Positions 25,393-28,253 of a stretch of 28,253 nt of DNA are shown here, in pieces. The notes under the pieces are model-generated. The model saw only the letters and a program-made list of their open reading frames with translations, had not been told where the DNA came from and made no database searches. Position numbers and translations under genes: made by a program. The DNA is taken from the IMG/VR virus record IMGVR_UViG_3300027608_000017; one strand, written 5' to 3'. This stretch comes from a virus (lineage: Duplodnaviria > Heunggongvirae > Uroviricota > Caudoviricetes). Positions within the stretch are counted from its first letter, which is position 1; every line of letters starts with the position of its first letter.

Positions 25393-25695
25393 TTAGTGCC
25401 GAATCTTCGCCTTCCGCTTCCGGACCTTCTTGGGCGGCACCACGGCATTGGGATCAACCACCACCGGAATCATCGCCGTCCCCATCATGCGGCAGCAGGT
25501 CGGACACCAGCGCCACCCCGCCTCGCCCGTCTTGTCGTAGTGCTTCCCGTGATCCCCCAACGGGATGTAAGGCAGCATCTGCCCCGGCGTCGCCCCGCAG
25601 ACCGTGTTCTGGATCCCGCTCCCCACGTAGTGGATCGGAGGGTTCGCGTCCGGGGTGAACGCCGAATAGCAAAATGAATCATCGTCGCGTTCCAT
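25393..25695 (-). CDS. Small Cys/His-containing hypothetical protein with basic tail
   Basis: H...CG...WCPTCC and a KKVRKRKAK tail. AGGA upstream of ATG 25695. Confidence 0.6.
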   Translation of the reverse strand: MERDDDSFCYSAFTPDANPPIHYVGSGIQNTVCGATPGQMLPYIPLGDHGKHYDKTGEAGWRWCPTCCRMMGTAMIPVVVDPNAVVPPKKVRKRKAKIRH

Positions 25696-25755
25696 CGCCT
25701 GGTTCCTGTCTGTCGTTGAAAGTGCCAATAAAACGTCTTGAAAGTTCTGCTGTAA

Positions 25756-27084
25756 CTACATGCCGCTCATGGCATCTTCTCGCTCGCGATCCAGCGTCTC
25801 CGCTCGCTGTCGAGCAAAGTTAATCTTCATCATCACCAAGTCTTCGCGGATGCCTCGGTTGCGGTTCTTGCGGCAGTAGATGCGATATTCGCTCGCGTCT
25901 TGGTAGGTGTCGTCGTAGCGCTTCGGCCAGAACGGCATCAGGACCACATCGGCATCCATCCCCATCGCGGCCGAGTCGCGAATGTCGGCCAGTTGCGGAG
26001 TCGGGTCGGGGCGTTTGTCGATGTCGCGGTTCAGCTGCGCCAGCAAGATCACGCGAATCCCATGCTTCATGGCGACCCCCTTCATGCGGGCGGATACGTC
26101 CGCAACCTTCTCCTGCTTGTTGAAACCTTCCCCGACCAGAATCTGGGCGTAGTCCACGCAGACCACCTTCACGCCGTGCTTTTTGACGGCTTCCGCGATC
26201 TCGCGCTCAGCGCGGCCGATCGTGTGGCACTTCTCCGTCACCCAGATCGGGGCCGAATTGGCAAAGTGTTCCTTGGCTTCAAACCGGAGTTGCTTCGAGG
26301 ACTTCATCCACTCGGAGTCAGGCATCGCCGAGACCATCGCCATCGTTCGTGACGCCAGCATCGCCGAGGCCATTTCCTCGGAGACGATCATGCCAGGGAC
26401 GCCGTGAGAGGCCGCGGCGTGCAGCCACTGGAGGCCCAGCAGCGTCTTCCCGATGCTCGTCGAGGCGGCAATCACAATCAACTCGCCAGGGGCCGACCCG
26501 CGAATCAGCAGGTCGATGTCGCCGATCCCATCGTACAGCGACGGGCTGATGCCCGCCTCAAGATCGTCGATCATCTCATCGACCAATTCGGACAGGGGCC
26601 GGAGGCGGCGGACGGCCGTGTCTGATGCCATCTCCCCGAGTGACGCCGCCGCCTTGAGCGCGGCTTCCACAACCTCGCCCTCGTCGGAGGTGGCGTTGTA
26701 GGACGACTCGATCAGCTTGCGGCCGATCTCAATGGCCTTGCGCCTGTTCGACCGAGACACCACGACGCTCGCGTAGTAGGCCGCGTGGGCTGAGTGCGGG
26801 ACGGTTTCGAGGATTTCCATCAGGTACTGCGGGCCACCCACTTCAGCCAGTGACCCGCGAGACTCCAGTTCCTGCGCCAGCATCACGACATCCACAGCGG
26901 AGTCGGACTCAGACAGGGACACGATCGCCGAGTAGATCGCGCCGTGAGTGTCGGCGTAGAAGTCCGCCGCCTGAATCAGCGGCTGCACCTCGGCAAGCCT
27001 GTTCGGATCGAGCATCAGTGCCCCGAGCAGGCTGCGCTCGGCGGTCAGGTCTTGCGGGGGTAGTCGGCAGTCGTTCGGTTTCAT
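25756..27084 (-). CDS. dnaB: Replicative DNA helicase, DnaB family
   Basis: LPPQDLTAERSLLGALM N-domain, AASTSIGKT Walker A, SEEM, VDYAQ, LAQLNR, DADVV, KNRN. ATG at 27084. Confidence 0.95.
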   Translation of the reverse strand: MKPNDCRLPPQDLTAERSLLGALMLDPNRLAEVQPLIQAADFYADTHGAIYSAIVSLSESDSAVDVVMLAQELESRGSLAEVGGPQYLMEILETVPHSAHAAYYASVVVSRSNRRKAIEIGRKLIESSYNATSDEGEVVEAALKAAASLGEMASDTAVRRLRPLSELVDEMIDDLEAGISPSLYDGIGDIDLLIRGSAPGELIVIAASTSIGKTLLGLQWLHAAASHGVPGMIVSEEMASAMLASRTMAMVSAMPDSEWMKSSKQLRFEAKEHFANSAPIWVTEKCHTIGRAEREIAEAVKKHGVKVVCVDYAQILVGEGFNKQEKVADVSARMKGVAMKHGIRVILLAQLNRDIDKRPDPTPQLADIRDSAAMGMDADVVLMPFWPKRYDDTYQDASEYRIYCRKNRNRGIREDLVMMKINFARQRAETLDREREDAMSGM

Positions 27085-27086
27085 GT

Positions 27087-28151
27087 TCAAAATGGGGCGT
27101 CCTGTGAGAGTTGGGCGAGAAGTTCATCACCAAGATTCAAGTGCGGTCGTGCTGGAGTCAGTGGCGGATTTTCCGTCGTGCGCCGCGTTTGGAGTACCTT
27201 CGATGGGTCGGGCGCGGAGACTCGCGGCTTGGGGGGATGGCCAGACAGACCACGCGACTTTTCCCACACATCGACGCCCCACTCGGCCGGGTCTTCTGCG
27301 TATCCCCCGGACTTCAGCCACGCCGCAGGTGCCGGAATTCCTGTTCTGGGAGAAGTCGCGACAAACTTGGACGCCCCGTATTCCGCTGCCTTGGCCAACA
27401 GGTGATCTACGCACCGTTGATCGTCCCAGCCGTGCCTGTCGCGGAGATTGACCATCTCGACTTCCAGTGCCTCATCAACGTCATTCGGCTTAACTTTCTT
27501 CGGATACGCTGCGATGAACTGATCGACCCATTTGTTCAGTGGAGTCATGAGCATCAGTCGGTCAGCTTTCGCCTGGTCTTCCTTCGATAGCCCCACCGGA
27601 AGGGATCGCCACTCGGAACCGTCATGAGCGGCTGGGTCATGGCCTTTCAGAATCGAAGATGCAGGGAGAGAGAAATCTTCTTTTTCTTTCTTTGAAGCTG
27701 ATTCTGATTCTGAAGCTGCTTCTGATGTACTGACAGTGCTGACATTCTCTGACATTCTCTGACATTCTCTGACATCCTCTGACGCTTTCTTTCGTTCTCT
27801 CGTCTGTCGCTGATGTTCGGCGTTCTTGATCTTTCTGTCTTCCGCGTCAAGTTTTTCGCGGTATTTTCCGTGGTTCAGCAGGCACCAGCCACCATCGACG
27901 GCCTTGATGCGTCGGCCATCAAAGTCCTTGGTGCGCGAGTATTTGTCGGGGGACAGCAGGCGATTCAAGCTCTCCTCGGTTTCCTCAATTGTTAGCCGCG
28001 CGATGGTAGCGAGGCCCGGAATCGACGACTGGACCTCTCCGTACTTGTCCGCCATCGCGAGCATCGTGATCCAGAGGACTTTGGTTTCCTTCGACTCGCC
28101 CCAGATCGTGGAAGCGAGAATTGAACCAAACAGCTTCGTGTAACCGTTCAT
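27087..28151 (-). CDS. Phage replication initiator / replisome organiser
   Basis: YTKLFGSILASTIW...LWITMLAMAD HTH-type N-terminus, KNAEHQRQTRERKK linker, internal repeats, directly upstream of DnaB. Confidence 0.8.
   Translation of the reverse strand: MNGYTKLFGSILASTIWGESKETKVLWITMLAMADKYGEVQSSIPGLATIARLTIEETEESLNRLLSPDKYSRTKDFDGRRIKAVDGGWCLLNHGKYREKLDAEDRKIKNAEHQRQTRERKKASEDVRECQRMSENVSTVSTSEAASESESASKKEKEDFSLPASSILKGHDPAAHDGSEWRSLPVGLSKEDQAKADRLMLMTPLNKWVDQFIAAYPKKVKPNDVDEALEVEMVNLRDRHGWDDQRCVDHLLAKAAEYGASKFVATSPRTGIPAPAAWLKSGGYAEDPAEWGVDVWEKSRGLSGHPPKPRVSAPDPSKVLQTRRTTENPPLTPARPHLNLGDELLAQLSQDAPF
27730..27783 (+). repeat. 10-bp tandem iteron-like array (CTGACATTCT x3, CTGACATCCT, flanking partial copies); candidate origin
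   Basis: Units start at 27739, 27749, 27759 and 27769, next to an A/T- and pyrimidine-rich tract at ~27672-27725 inside the initiator gene. Confidence 0.7.
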
Positions 28152-28163
28152 GTGAACCGCTCC

Positions 28164-28200
28164 GTCAGGTGATGTCAGGTGATGTCAGGTGATGTCAGGT
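28164..28200 (-). repeat. 10-bp tandem array GTCAGGTGAT x3.7 upstream of the initiator gene
   Basis: Reads CTGACATCAC on the - strand, the same CTGACAT core as the internal array in the opposite orientation. Confidence 0.85.
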
Positions 28201-28253
28201 TTTTTCGTGACGCCCAACGAGTCTGGCCCGCGCGTGAAAAAAGCGTCGCGAAA

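Larger units (their letters stand above)
1..28253. mobile_element. Bacteriophage/prophage-like segment
   Basis: Initiator + DnaB replication pair, HNH-like genes, small DNA methyltransferase, giant polyvalent proteins, tightly packed small hypothetical genes and no housekeeping operon. No head, terminase or integrase gene is in the window, so free phage vs prophage vs other element cannot be decided. Confidence 0.8.

Noticed and set aside
27730-28200. Short tandem repeats as a CRISPR array
   Set aside because: 10-bp units with no spacers and no cas genes.
1-28253. TGA recoding (alternative genetic code), suggested by in-frame TGA junctions at 711/718, 14857 and 24346
   Set aside because: TGA is used in normal ATGA/GTGA stop-start overlaps (4023-4026, 4337-4340) and ends complete proteins, and the giant ORFs need no recoding.
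1-28253. tRNA, rRNA, integrase/att sites, inteins or transposases
   Set aside because: None recognised by eye. tRNAscan/Infernal and HMM searches would be needed to exclude divergent cases.

Overview
GC-rich, phage-like (phage or prophage) segment. No capsid, terminase or integrase gene lies in this window. The host may be a planctomycete; this is an inference from a PilC/GspF-like motif. Left end (+ strand): a glycan-modification block (truncated GT71/MNN2-like glycosyltransferase, mannose-6-phosphate-isomerase-type cupin, two class I SAM methyltransferases), then small phage genes (DUF6171-like, two HNH-like proteins, a small amino-DNA methyltransferase). Right end (- strand): a replication module with an initiator gene carrying internal 10-bp iteron-like repeats, followed by DnaB. 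The centre (about 19 kb, - strand) holds three related 'polyvalent' genes of 326, 3160 and 2656 aa. Their domains include four ADP-ribosyltransferase-like (ART-PolyVal) domains, a kinase, a GNAT, ParB-like and KTSC domains, an HExxH peptidase/LPD region, a complete ECF sigma factor and a PilC/GspF N-terminal mimic. These domains are repeatedly separated by a protein-level conserved linker, FSR-x(1-6)-GPVEF and variants, often followed by GQxxF and W[DN]ExxHPR..G[ER]F motifs. The main hypothesis is a virion-packaged polyprotein arsenal cut at a repeated protease signature into separately acting host-takeover effectors. All domain calls are from motif recognition by eye, not database searches.
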